Positions 1-9,000 of a stretch of DNA of 26,631 nucleotides are shown piece after piece (within the stretch, counting starts at the first letter, position 1; every line of letters begins with the position of its first letter). Below the pieces are notes generated by a model that saw only the letters and a program-made list of their open reading frames with translations, was not told the origin of the DNA and did no database searches. The translations under genes and the position numbers were made by a program. This DNA comes from a virus (Duplodnaviria > Caudoviricetes): positions 1 through 26,631 of IMG/VR virus record IMGVR_UViG_3300023283_000086; one strand, 5' to 3'.

Positions 1-1566
1 GTATCCTTTTATGTCGTTGTGCTTGATTTTGTAGAAGTACCCCTCGCTGTCTTTGTAATACCGCCCGTTTCTGGTACGCAGATAGTGCCCGTCACTGCGC
101 TCTTTAACCCGAATGACAGGACGGTATGACTCGTGGACATGAGACCCCTTTTTACTGCCGTTCTCTCTCATCTCAGGGGTTATTTGCTTGCCGCCCTGAT
201 ACACGAGGCCGGTATTACCACACCACATTGGGTATCCATTACGCTTAATATAGATAATGTGGTTGGGAACGGTGACACAATAAGCATATTCATGATATTC
301 AAGTTTCTCAATATACTTTGTCCGAATACTTCCGTTGATATTTTTTTGTTCTAATACAATCCAGTAAGGTTTTGTCGCTACGACTTGTTTCCCATTGATT
401 TCTGGATGTGTAGTACGTGCAGTTGGGTCATATTTAATCGCCGACCCGCTACGCCCAGCCAAGCACAGCAATTCTTGCACGTCTTCAGCCATTTCCTCTT
501 GGTTAAAAACATAATAAGTAGACCCTTTATGCTTCCACCCGTCACCAGTTTTATATCCATCTAGAAAAATGTTGATTTGCCGTTGTGACAGGTATTTTAT
601 AAAATCTGGTATTTTCTTTTGGTCTTTCACACCCCACTGTTTCAAAACCTCAAATATTTGAAGCGGTCTAATACGATAATCCTCACCATTTTTATCATAA
701 TTAAATGGCAATTTATCTAATATTTCTTCGATTCTTTGCCGCTTCCCAGCGTTGTTAAACGACTGCGTAATACCGACAAATTTCTCTTTTCCATTATTCA
801 TCCAACCATCCGCCAGCCAAACCCCTAAAAACCAAAGCCAGTCATCCATATTAACGTCTATCGCTTCAGAGACGCGTTCCGTGCCCCACCTATCGCCCAC
901 ATACTTCCTTTCAGGGATCGTGTATGTGTCTCTATCCTGACCACTGTAAATACCGCCGTGCCTGCGATACTTCGACCACTTTGGAAGGTCTTCCGCGTTC
1001 ACAAAACGAAACTCGCTTCGTTCTCTTGGCGATGTAGTGACATACATGGAGTGGTCTGGAGACACACAGAAATCAGTCCCAGCCTTTTTATACCTAAGCA
1101 TATTATTATATTTTTTCTTGGCATATGCTGTGGGCTTATGATATTCCATCCCTCCTGTGTCTGGGTTAAGTGTTAGTACCTTTTCGGTTTTATCTAAATC
1201 TTCAAAATATTTCCAACCCGTATCCGTCAAAATTTTTGTGTGTTTATCAAAGCAATTTCCCTCGGTGCCGACGACCTCATCCTCCTCCACAGTATCACCG
1301 GGACGGACATATATATCCTTGCAGTGTCCGAGCACGACCTCCATATATTCCTTGCCGTTGGGTACCAGTAAGTACACCGCCCGCCAGCCGTATGTTTCTC
1401 CGGGATTGTCTTTATCAAATACCTTATAGACCTTCCCTGCGTTATCCGTCCATACGTCGTTTCCGTACCCCACAATCCAGTCAATACCCGTGTGTGTCCA
1501 TTTGCGATAGGATGACTCATCAGCGAACGGCGAGGTAATTGTTTTTTTATGGTCTTTGAATTTCAT
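1..1566 (-). CDS. M23-family metallo-endopeptidase (probable endolysin), intein-containing, 3' end outside window
   Basis: Not in the ORF track because it runs off the left edge. Manual translation from ATG at 1566 gives MKFKDHKKTITSPFADESSYRKWTHTGIDWIVGYGNDVWTDNAGKVYKV...VVLGHCKDIYVRPGDTVEEDEVVGTEGN[intein]TGLVYQGG...KGSHVHESYR. This contains the M23 motifs HxxxD (HTGID), GNTG and HxH (HVH). It lies downstream of small membrane-protein genes. Confidence 0.9.
   Translation of the reverse strand, partial: MKFKDHKKTITSPFADESSYRKWTHTGIDWIVGYGNDVWTDNAGKVYKVFDKDNPGETYGWRAVYLLVPNGKEYMEVVLGHCKDIYVRPGDTVEEDEVVGTEGNCFDKHTKILTDTGWKYFEDLDKTEKVLTLNPDTGGMEYHKPTAYAKKKYNNMLRYKKAGTDFCVSPDHSMYVTTSPRERSEFRFVNAEDLPKWSKYRRHGGIYSGQDRDTYTIPERKYVGDRWGTERVSEAIDVNMDDWLWFLGVWLADGWMNNGKEKFVGITQSFNNAGKRQRIEEILDKLPFNYDKNGEDYRIRPLQIFEVLKQWGVKDQKKIPDFIKYLSQRQINIFLDGYKTGDGWKHKGSTYYVFNQEEMAEDVQELLCLAGRSGSAIKYDPTARTTHPEINGKQVVATKPYWIVLEQKNINGSIRTKYIEKLEYHEYAYCVTVPNHIIYIKRNGYPMWCGNTGLVYQGGKQITPEMRENGSKKGSHVHESYRPVIRVKERSDGHYLRTRNGRYYKDSEGYFYKIKHNDIKGY
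214..1254 (-). mobile_element. Intein (347 aa) with LAGLIDADG homing endonuclease, inserted in the M23 peptidase at GN|TG
   Basis: Block A CFDKHTKILTDTGWKYF (Cys1 at 1254-1252), block B FCVSPDH, endonuclease blocks FLGVWLADG and FLDGYKTGDG, block F AYCVTVPNHIIYIKR, C-terminal PMWCGN followed by Thr+1 (213-211). Removing it restores VGTEGNTG. Confidence 0.93.
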
Positions 1567-1703
1567 AATTTCATTTTTTCGTTTATCTCACGCAATTTTC
1601 TCTCTTCCCCATTTCTGGGTTTATGAGCGTGCTTTATGAGCTGGAGCGCGTGGAGGCACGCGAAAAGAGAAATAAATGCTATTGCTAGTAATATAATATC
1701 CAT
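1563..1703 (-). CDS. 46-aa single-TM protein (holin-like / lysis accessory)
   Basis: Manual translation MDIILLAIAFISLFACLHALQLIKHAHKPRNGEERKLREINEKMKL*. Its stop overlaps the peptidase start (ATGA). Confidence 0.6.
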   Translation of the reverse strand: MDIILLAIAFISLFACLHALQLIKHAHKPRNGEERKLREINEKMKL

Positions 1704-1705
1704 AC

Positions 1706-1927
1706 CTATCGTCGATTATGTTCATCTACACGAATGTTCGTGTCCTGTACTGTGGTTATAATGTTGTCAAGTTTACTGGCTATCGTGTAGAAATAATCAC
1801 TGTGAACAGTGTTGTGCATAAGATACTTGCCCATATACACAAGAACCAAAAACTGCGCCACACACACTATACCGAGTACAGAGCTTACTGAGTTATTCTG
1901 AATTGCCGTGAGAAATGCCTCGATCAT
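1706..1927 (-). CDS. Putative holin-like membrane protein
   Basis: 73 aa with one hydrophobic segment (SVLGIVCVAQFLVLVYMG) and a polar helical tail, in the lysis cassette. Confidence 0.6.
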   Translation of the reverse strand: MIEAFLTAIQNNSVSSVLGIVCVAQFLVLVYMGKYLMHNTVHSDYFYTIASKLDNIITTVQDTNIRVDEHNRR

Positions 1928-2082
1928 TTTTCTTTTTTCGGTTCAATGTATTCCAGTAATTCCTGCGCCTTTTGCGCAACCTGCTCGTGTACGTCAGCCG
2001 AAACCTGTGCTTGGCGGGCGACCCGATAAAGGTCACTCACCGCTTGCTTTGCGTCCTCTTTTCCTATTCCGTCTTTTACCAT
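1924..2082 (-). CDS. Hypothetical 52-aa protein
   Basis: Manual translation MVKDGIGKEDAKQAVSDLYRVARQAQVSADVHEQVAQKAQELLEYIEPKKEK*. It fills the gap and has an ATGA overlap with the next gene. Confidence 0.6.
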   Translation of the reverse strand: MVKDGIGKEDAKQAVSDLYRVARQAQVSADVHEQVAQKAQELLEYIEPKKEK

Positions 2083-2305
2083 AAAAAATCCAACCTAATA
2101 GTAATGTTGCTACTGTCATTATAACACCCAGCGGCACCCAGTGCAGTCCCTCTCTCCCCACATTCCAGCCAAGTAGCACATCCGCCTTGACCCGCTTCCA
2201 CTGGCTGCCGCCCTCTCGGTACACCCTATCGTGCTCCTTGCAATGCCGCTCGATTTTCTCGGGCAAGCGGGGCAGAAAAGAGCAACCTAGCTTTTGCTTA
2301 CCCAT
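2033..2305 (-). CDS. Phospholipase A2-like / DUF1353-like small protein with C-terminal hydrophobic segment
   Basis: GCS...CKEHDRVY.EGG...R..AD pattern (CxxHDxxY plus a downstream Asp) typical of the PLA2-like fold. Confidence 0.6.
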   Translation of the reverse strand: MGKQKLGCSFLPRLPEKIERHCKEHDRVYREGGSQWKRVKADVLLGWNVGREGLHWVPLGVIMTVATLLLGWIFYGKRRNRKRGRKASGE

Positions 2306-2619
2306 GACGTCATCTTGTCAGCTATTTCATCAATTTCTTGTTGTTTTGCTTTGCGCACTTCATCAGCTTCCACAACCGGGTCGTGTGATTTAGCTAGGTT
2401 TATGAGCGTCCGAGAAAAGAACTCGCCGAGAGCTTGCTCAGGTGTTTTTGGATTTGCTATCATCGCGCCCTTCTCGCTTTCAGGGTCAAGGAGCGTGCCG
2501 TCCTCCTGCACGACGTTCTTTATCTCCTCCCGCCAACCCGCAGCTTTGGCAGCAGAAAGCATTACCTTTTCTGTCTCCTTTGACGTTGCTTCTTTTGGGT
2601 CTATTGTTAGTGTGTACAT
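2287..2619 (-). CDS. Hypothetical protein (110 aa), tail-fibre associated by position
   Basis: Same-strand ORF in a tightly packed operon; no recognised motif. Confidence 0.65.
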   Translation of the reverse strand: MYTLTIDPKEATSKETEKVMLSAAKAAGWREEIKNVVQEDGTLLDPESEKGAMIANPKTPEQALGEFFSRTLINLAKSHDPVVEADEVRKAKQQEIDEIADKMTSWVSKS

Positions 2620-2653
2620 ATATGATTAGTTATCGTCTTAAATAATAATTACA

Positions 2654-3685
2654 TCATGCTACGTTAAATATACGACGCGATGACGTCGTCTTCTCATCAC
2701 TCGTATTGTAAAACGTAGAGGGGCTGTTTTGGTTGTTGTATTCGGTGGAAATCCAGTTGGAGGAGAGGAGGGAGTTTCTCATTCGCACCTCATCTATAAT
2801 ACCGTCAAATGGGTCACCATCTGAATCCGCGTCGCCGATTTTTATATCTGCTTGTCCAGTACTTGTATCTGTATTACTGTCACTCTTATCTAATGAACCA
2901 TCTATATACAGGTTGCCACCTGTCCCCACATCCCAAACATACGCCGTATGAATAAATGAACCATTAGAAACCGATGAGTTACTACCCCCATTACTTCCTC
3001 CGAAAGTACGAAACCATAAGTTACTAAAAAAAAGAAGAAACACCCAATTACCATCTATTCCATCTGCATTGTCAACCAATGCACTCTTCTCATCACCAAC
3101 ATTACTGCCATTAAACCAAAGTGAAACAGTCAAATCTTCTCCAGTATCGCCAGTGTTTACACTTGTGTTGGTTATATCGAAGTTGTCATCAGTGCCATCA
3201 AAATCAGTGGCATTTCCAATTTGACCTGTTACTCCGTTAGCAGTAATGCCGCCATTAGCACTTGGTGAGTGATTACCCGTACTATCCGCCCCACCACCGT
3301 CGTGACTGACAAACTCATAATCACTCCACACATTCTCACTCCCATAAGTAGAGTCAGCAGCAGGTTCCGAATCAGACCCGTTGTACCAGATACGGATTGT
3401 GGTGTTTGAGGACGAAGAGAGAGTCCCGCTAAACTTCACGTGAAGCTCACCTGTCTCCGCCGTTGTATCAATTGAGACCACTTCCCGTGCGAGCTGGGTT
3501 GTACCGTCATCTTTCGTAACCCGAATATCCCCGCCATCTGATTTGGCGGTATCAAAGATATCTGAACCCGCCTTCGCAAGGTCAGCGAGGTCAACGTAAA
3601 TCGGAAAATCAGTTAGGTCAGCGTCAACCTGTGAGGATTGGACCGTTACTTCCTGCCATTTACTATAATCTCCAGGGAATGCCAT
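2654..3685 (-). CDS. DUF2341 + LamG/concanavalin-A-like lectin protein (receptor-binding/tail appendage)
   Basis: N-terminal LTDFPIYVDL...DGGDIRVTKDDGTTQL...IRIWYN (DUF2341-like). C-terminal TVSLWF, HTAYVWD, LYIDG and FDGIIDEVRM (LamG-like). Confidence 0.8.
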   Translation of the reverse strand: MAFPGDYSKWQEVTVQSSQVDADLTDFPIYVDLADLAKAGSDIFDTAKSDGGDIRVTKDDGTTQLAREVVSIDTTAETGELHVKFSGTLSSSSNTTIRIWYNGSDSEPAADSTYGSENVWSDYEFVSHDGGGADSTGNHSPSANGGITANGVTGQIGNATDFDGTDDNFDITNTSVNTGDTGEDLTVSLWFNGSNVGDEKSALVDNADGIDGNWVFLLFFSNLWFRTFGGSNGGSNSSVSNGSFIHTAYVWDVGTGGNLYIDGSLDKSDSNTDTSTGQADIKIGDADSDGDPFDGIIDEVRMRNSLLSSNWISTEYNNQNSPSTFYNTSDEKTTSSRRIFNVA

Positions 3686-3686
3686 A

Positions 3687-5834
3687 CTAATCTATCGTGT
3701 ATTTCACAGTTAATATCAGTTCGTCAACAGTCCCAGAAGTGGCAGTTGTCTCCACCCACAACCAGCTATTGGCAGGAACATCAGCATCGTTGAACGTCGT
3801 TACTGTATCACCCGTGGTAGTAGATGAAGTAGTAGTGCCACCGGTAACAACTTCATTTCCTGCCGCCGAGCGGTCTGTGTTGTGACGGATTGTCCATGTC
3901 ACGTCAGGCGTAGAAGACCCGCGAATGACAGCCCGTATCTCGGTAATGGTGATTGCCTTGCCGGTCTCGAATATTGAAATATCCTCCGATGCAGTCGGAC
4001 TCTCTATGGTGATTGACTTGGAAAACTCGGTCTCGAGGTTAGTGCCACCTCCAGTGATGTTGTTGGCGGATATATTGCCACTGCCGTCAACACTTGCAAG
4101 GGTACTCCCCCCAGTATCCTGCCACTCGGTAAGGTTGGCGGTTTGGGAGGAGGCGCCTTTGAAGATGCTGGTTGGCTGGGAAGAATCATCAGTCGTGACA
4201 CCAAGTTGCGCGTTAGGTGTATCGTTCTTAGAATCGCCTGACATCATCACGTTACCACTTGATTTTACCGTCAAATAGTGCGTCCCTACCGTAGTATCAA
4301 TATCACCTGCACTTGCCTCCTTGATAGAGAAACTCTGCCCGTTTGCAAAAGTAAAGGTTTTAACCTGACCGCCGCCACTCAGCTTTGCCCAGCTCGAAGA
4401 ATTTTCGCGTGCCCCAACTGCGACATCAGAGCCGCCAGTGTCAGAGGTGATAATACTATTTGATTTTAGATTTCCAGAACCTACATCTATGAAGCCATCT
4501 GTCCCGTCATGACTAATCTGCACCTCATCCGTCCCTGCTGTCCCGCCGGGCTGACGGACCACAAACTTCCCGTTCGTCGTGTCGGCTTCGATGAGGTTCT
4601 GTCCGCTGGTGTTGCGGACATTAAAGGCGGAGGTGGAGTCGTCTTCGACGGTGAGGCGGGAATCGGGTGAGCTGGTACCGATCCCCAACCGTTTATTGCC
4701 GTTGTCCCAGAAGAGGTTGGAGTTGTCTTCGGAGAGATTTGTACCGTCTGAGAACACAACGGAGCCGGATGTAAGACCGTCCGGAATAGTATTCAAGTTA
4801 TCGACATTCAGCGTCCGGCTAGACGAAATGTCCCCGCCGCCGGAGAGACCCGTACCAGCTGTTATGGAGACCGAGGTATGATCTATGTGCTCATTTGAAA
4901 CAAAATTTGTTGTCTGGTCATGGTCTACTGCGCTATCCGGCACATCGTCTGCTGTCGGCCAGTTCTTGCTCATGTCAATGAGCATCTTGTCGGCAGACGG
5001 TTCGGTGACGATGTTGTTAGTGTCGTTTGTGGTGGCTATTTCAGTGAGACCAGAAGACTCATTTGCGCCGTCATCTCCGAGGTCAAGTGTGATTGCTGAG
5101 CCGCCGCTGCCGCCTGAAATATCAACCGTTGCTTGGTGCCCATCATGTGACACGGAATTTACGCCAGACCCAGTAAACTTAATAGAAGTACCACTGCCCA
5201 CTTTGCCATTACTATCAAACACGGAGAGCATCCCGCCTCCTGTTATTCTGTTTCCTTGCTGGCTCAGCACTCGTGCTACTGACTGGTCTAAGCTCGGTCT
5301 GTTCTTCAATGCTTCATAATCAAGACGCTCGTCGCCTTCAAGCCCTTCGAGCCCGCGTGCCACACTGTTTGAAATGTCCGGCGCGGTTACTTGTGAGAGA
5401 ACATCTGTCAGCGTACGGTCTTGTATTTCTTGGATGTCCTGTTGCGTAAAGAAATCCACGCCTTTCTGGGGAGTACGCCCGTCCTCTCCGCGAAGTTCAT
5501 TTTTCAGCTCATCCAGTGCATCCCGTGCGATTGCTACAATTTGCTCTTTTGAGGGGCTGTCGCCTTTTTCTCCTTGTGGTCCCGGCTGGCGTTCCAGCTC
5601 TTCAATACGATTTTCAACCTCTTTTGCACGGCGTTCTATTTCCTGTTTCTTCTCATCAAGGGTTTGTTTTTCTGTATCAACACTCTGTTTAGTGTTTTTT
5701 TCAAACGCCACGACGACACTTACCACCTCTGAAAGCACATCAACAAACTCCTGTGCTGAGATAGGTTCGTTCTCTCGCTTTATGGTCTTTTTTATGGAGT
5801 CAAGCTCCTTTTTTATTTGGTCAAAATCTGCCAT
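3687..5834 (-). CDS. Tail fibre / tail spike-like protein
   Basis: N-terminal coiled coil, collagen-like GPQGEKGD, GEDGRTPQKGVDFFT, and G/S/T-rich beta repeats (AGTGLSGGG, RLGIGTSSP). It follows the internal virion proteins. Confidence 0.8.
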   Translation of the reverse strand: MADFDQIKKELDSIKKTIKRENEPISAQEFVDVLSEVVSVVVAFEKNTKQSVDTEKQTLDEKKQEIERRAKEVENRIEELERQPGPQGEKGDSPSKEQIVAIARDALDELKNELRGEDGRTPQKGVDFFTQQDIQEIQDRTLTDVLSQVTAPDISNSVARGLEGLEGDERLDYEALKNRPSLDQSVARVLSQQGNRITGGGMLSVFDSNGKVGSGTSIKFTGSGVNSVSHDGHQATVDISGGSGGSAITLDLGDDGANESSGLTEIATTNDTNNIVTEPSADKMLIDMSKNWPTADDVPDSAVDHDQTTNFVSNEHIDHTSVSITAGTGLSGGGDISSSRTLNVDNLNTIPDGLTSGSVVFSDGTNLSEDNSNLFWDNGNKRLGIGTSSPDSRLTVEDDSTSAFNVRNTSGQNLIEADTTNGKFVVRQPGGTAGTDEVQISHDGTDGFIDVGSGNLKSNSIITSDTGGSDVAVGARENSSSWAKLSGGGQVKTFTFANGQSFSIKEASAGDIDTTVGTHYLTVKSSGNVMMSGDSKNDTPNAQLGVTTDDSSQPTSIFKGASSQTANLTEWQDTGGSTLASVDGSGNISANNITGGGTNLETEFSKSITIESPTASEDISIFETGKAITITEIRAVIRGSSTPDVTWTIRHNTDRSAAGNEVVTGGTTTSSTTTGDTVTTFNDADVPANSWLWVETTATSGTVDELILTVKYTID

Positions 5835-5844
5835 GAGTAGGAGA

Positions 5845-5871
5845 CCGTGCTTCGGTGATTACATTATAACA
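5845..5871 (-). promoter_or_regulatory. Extended -10 promoter plus CCGAAGCACGG hairpin (copy C, upstream of tail fibre)
   Basis: Minus strand reads TGTTATAAT GTAATCA CCGAAGCACGG TCTCCTACTC ATG. Confidence 0.8.
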
Positions 5872-5879
5872 TGTTTGCG

Positions 5880-5908
5880 TTGACATTTCACTGGGCGGGG
5901 TGTATAAG
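5880..5908 (+). promoter_or_regulatory. Sigma70-type promoter driving a leaderless antisense ORF
   Basis: TTGACA (5880-5885), 17-nt spacer ending in TG, TATAAG (5903-5908), then ATG 7 nt later. Confidence 0.75.
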
Positions 5909-5915
5909 TGGGGGT

Positions 5916-6023
5916 ATGATTGGGTTTGAACCAGTAACAGACACCTTTCCTTTGTGGGCATATTTAGCTACCTTCGGATTTTTGTTTGGGGTTGCATTTT
6001 TTGTGTCTTTCATAACTGATTAG
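5916..6023 (+). CDS. 35-aa single-TM peptide on the opposite strand (moron-like; possible superinfection exclusion)
   Basis: MIGFEPVTDTFPLWAYLATFGFLFGVAFFVSFITD*. It exactly fills the intergenic gap, and its stop overlaps the stop of the convergent 1676-aa gene. Confidence 0.7.
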   Translation: MIGFEPVTDTFPLWAYLATFGFLFGVAFFVSFITD

Positions 6024-9000
6024 CGCTGCATTATCTCATCAGCATCTATTCTGCCTTCCTTGAAGTCTGTTATTAATTCTCGCGCCTCCTCACCTGAGAT
6101 TTTACTGTCTCTCAATAATCGCCCTAAGTGGTTTTCAACAGGGGTGTATGACTCCCATAACTGAACCGGCACCAGTTCAAGGTTATCTTTTGAATTGTCA
6201 CCGCCAAGTTGAAGTGGTACACTATGATCCAACCTCATTTGATCTAATTGACTTACATCGTCCGCAAGCTCTCGGCGGATTTCTTGTGTTTCTTGTAACG
6301 GTGCCCGTTCGAAGATGACAGTATCATTTTCTACTTTCCTCAACTGCTCACTGGTAAACATTGTTTGAAACGCCGAAATAGGGTCAGTCCCAACCGCGTC
6401 AGCATAAACAGTTACTAACTCAATAATATTGTCATCTGTAGTGAGGTCGCCGTCTCCAAATGTTGGGATATTTCCTGCTTGCGCTTGTTCAAATTTTTCA
6501 TTTTGATCTTTGAGTTTTTGATATGCATTCCATTCTTCCTCCGTAAGATTATCAACAATTTTTTGTGCTTCATCTCGTTTACCCTCTTCCTTTAGTTGTT
6601 GCGCTTTCTGAAATTTTGGCAATATTTCCACCTTCAGATCTTCCGTTTTACGAGCACGCTCTGCCTGTTTTATATTCTGGTAGGTCTGCCATTCTTTTTT
6701 AGACAATGAATCTACAAGAGCTTGCGCTTGCTCGTCCTTACCTTGCTCCAGCATTTCTTGTGCTTGATCATATACTGGCCGTACACTTGCCTTTTGCTTT
6801 TCCTTTTTTCGTCTCTCATTAAGATACTGTTTCCCCGCTTGTGTGCTGTACGGTCCAAGAATTGGCGCAATCCATTTATCACTCCCCGTGACCGGGAACG
6901 CAAAGTTACCCCCCTTGGTAAGCTGAGCGCCTTTAACATTCGCAACCATACCATCAACGAACCGCCCCACGGTTGCCGCACCGTGCATATTACTAAACCC
7001 CATACCCCAACGGGTAAGCTCTTTTCGTAGGGGCTGGATGTTATTATCATTCACGTATGCATCACTTGCGCCAATAAATCTCCGTACATCTTCAAAAGGC
7101 GCAACCGGGGATCGTCCGAATCCTCGCTGCTGATTCGTTGAAAAACCTAGTGCACCTTTCGATTGATCAACAAGACGGTCTACTTCTCCTCCAACAAGTG
7201 GGATAGCTGAACCTGGAGTAGTAAGTTTACGTCCAGTAGTTGCTTCTGAGTATTGGTTATACAAGTATGCTCCAGCTATTAACAAAATAATTTGATTCAC
7301 CCGTTTACTCTTCTCTAACGGCAACCCTCCCTTCGCACCAAGAAGCGTTTTCACATACCGGTAAAACTCAAAGGCAAATGTCTGAAATGGAAATACTGCA
7401 CGAACTGTCTGGTTGTTTAAGAAAAGCGGACGACCTAGGCGGTTGTATTCAGATTGTGTTGCCCCACCAATCCAGTCGGCAAACACATCAGCATCTCGCC
7501 CCTTCAATCCGAGTTTCTCCGCCTCCCTATACCCAGCCGAAACAGATGATCCAGTCAGCCAGTATTCATTTGCGTCAGCAAGTTTGTTTATAAAGTCATT
7601 GTAAGTTTCAATTTTACCCCTTTGAATTTTTCCTGCCATTTTATCTAGATCTCCAGCCCCGCTCATGCCGACTGACGCACCTCTAGTTTTAGAAGCAATA
7701 ACTGGACGATTTTTTATTCGCGTTCTGACTTTTGATTTACCAATGAAATCCACCAAACCTCCAAACAAGCTACCTGCAGCACGAAACGAACCAGTAATTC
7801 CTCTTCCCCCTAAACGAGGGAGGGTAAGCATCGCTAAACTAGCAGGTTGCACAAACACCGTCCATACAATATTACCTCCTAATGCGGCTGCGCTTCGAGC
7901 TTGAACGAATTTATTAAGAGCAATACTTTTCTTCGTGCCTTTGCGAAAACCAAGTAAGGAATCAATAGGACCCGGTTGGCCAACTATGTTTTGCCGAATA
8001 ATACTGTCTATAGCTCGTGACGCTCCGGGGAGTCCACGCCCCTTCAATACTTCGCGTACCGCTTTCAGTTTCTCAATCTGAGGCGCAATAAAGATGTCAT
8101 TGGAGATATTATCAATGTATCTTCCCAAAGTTTCAAAAGCATCAATATTTACATCATCAAGCCCGCCCTCGCGAGGGACGGCGTGCGGGTTTTTCTTAGC
8201 GTTTGGAATAACAAAATCAAAGTTATCCGTTATTTCAGTCCGTGGGTCCGCCCGCATCTGATTCCAGAAGCTCTGACGTTGCATAAGCGGCCCATAGTCT
8301 TCAACAAATCCTATCTCTGTTTTACCAAGTTCGCGCCGTACGATGTTTGCCTCATCACGCAACTCATCTAGTTGAGCCCGTATATCACGCTGTGCGACCT
8401 CCATCACATTGTCAGAGATTCCACCTTTTGCGGCTCGTTTAAGTTTTCCCCTAATTTTCTTTTTTGCTTTCTCGGAAATTTCTATCTTTTTCATCACTTC
8501 CTCAATGGCCTCATCAACTTGTCCAGCGCGGAGTTTTTGATTATCCACTCCCCATAATGCTAACGTGACCTGACGACCATTTTTTTTGTTCAGTTTGATG
8601 CCTCGTTCTTGGAGAATATTTCGAATCATTTGTGAACGCTCTGCCCCCCACGCGTCCTTCGTAGCGTCAGCCTGTCGTACCGCATACTGCATATATACCA
8701 TCGGCCCCCACGAACCGCGGTCAGCAGCTTGTTGTGCGGTGATATTGTCCACCGTAAATGCCAGGTCACGGAGATTAAAGCTCTGACCACCCAAAAAACC
8801 CGTTGCGTCAACAAACTCGTGCTCTGCAAACTCTTTCTCTGCAAATACACCTGATTTTCGCACCGCAGGACGATGAGTTTCTCCGTCTTGCAATATGCGA
8901 GTAGCAACTCCATCCGGTAAATCTGTGTTACCTCCTCGGATATCTTTAGCTGTTTCTAGGTCAAACTTGTGTACTCCAGCAATGTCTGTGACGGGAGTGG

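Noticed and set aside
133-1538. ORF-track ORFs in 133-1538 (both strands)
   Set aside because: They are shadows of the uninterrupted minus-strand M23/intein frame <1..1566.
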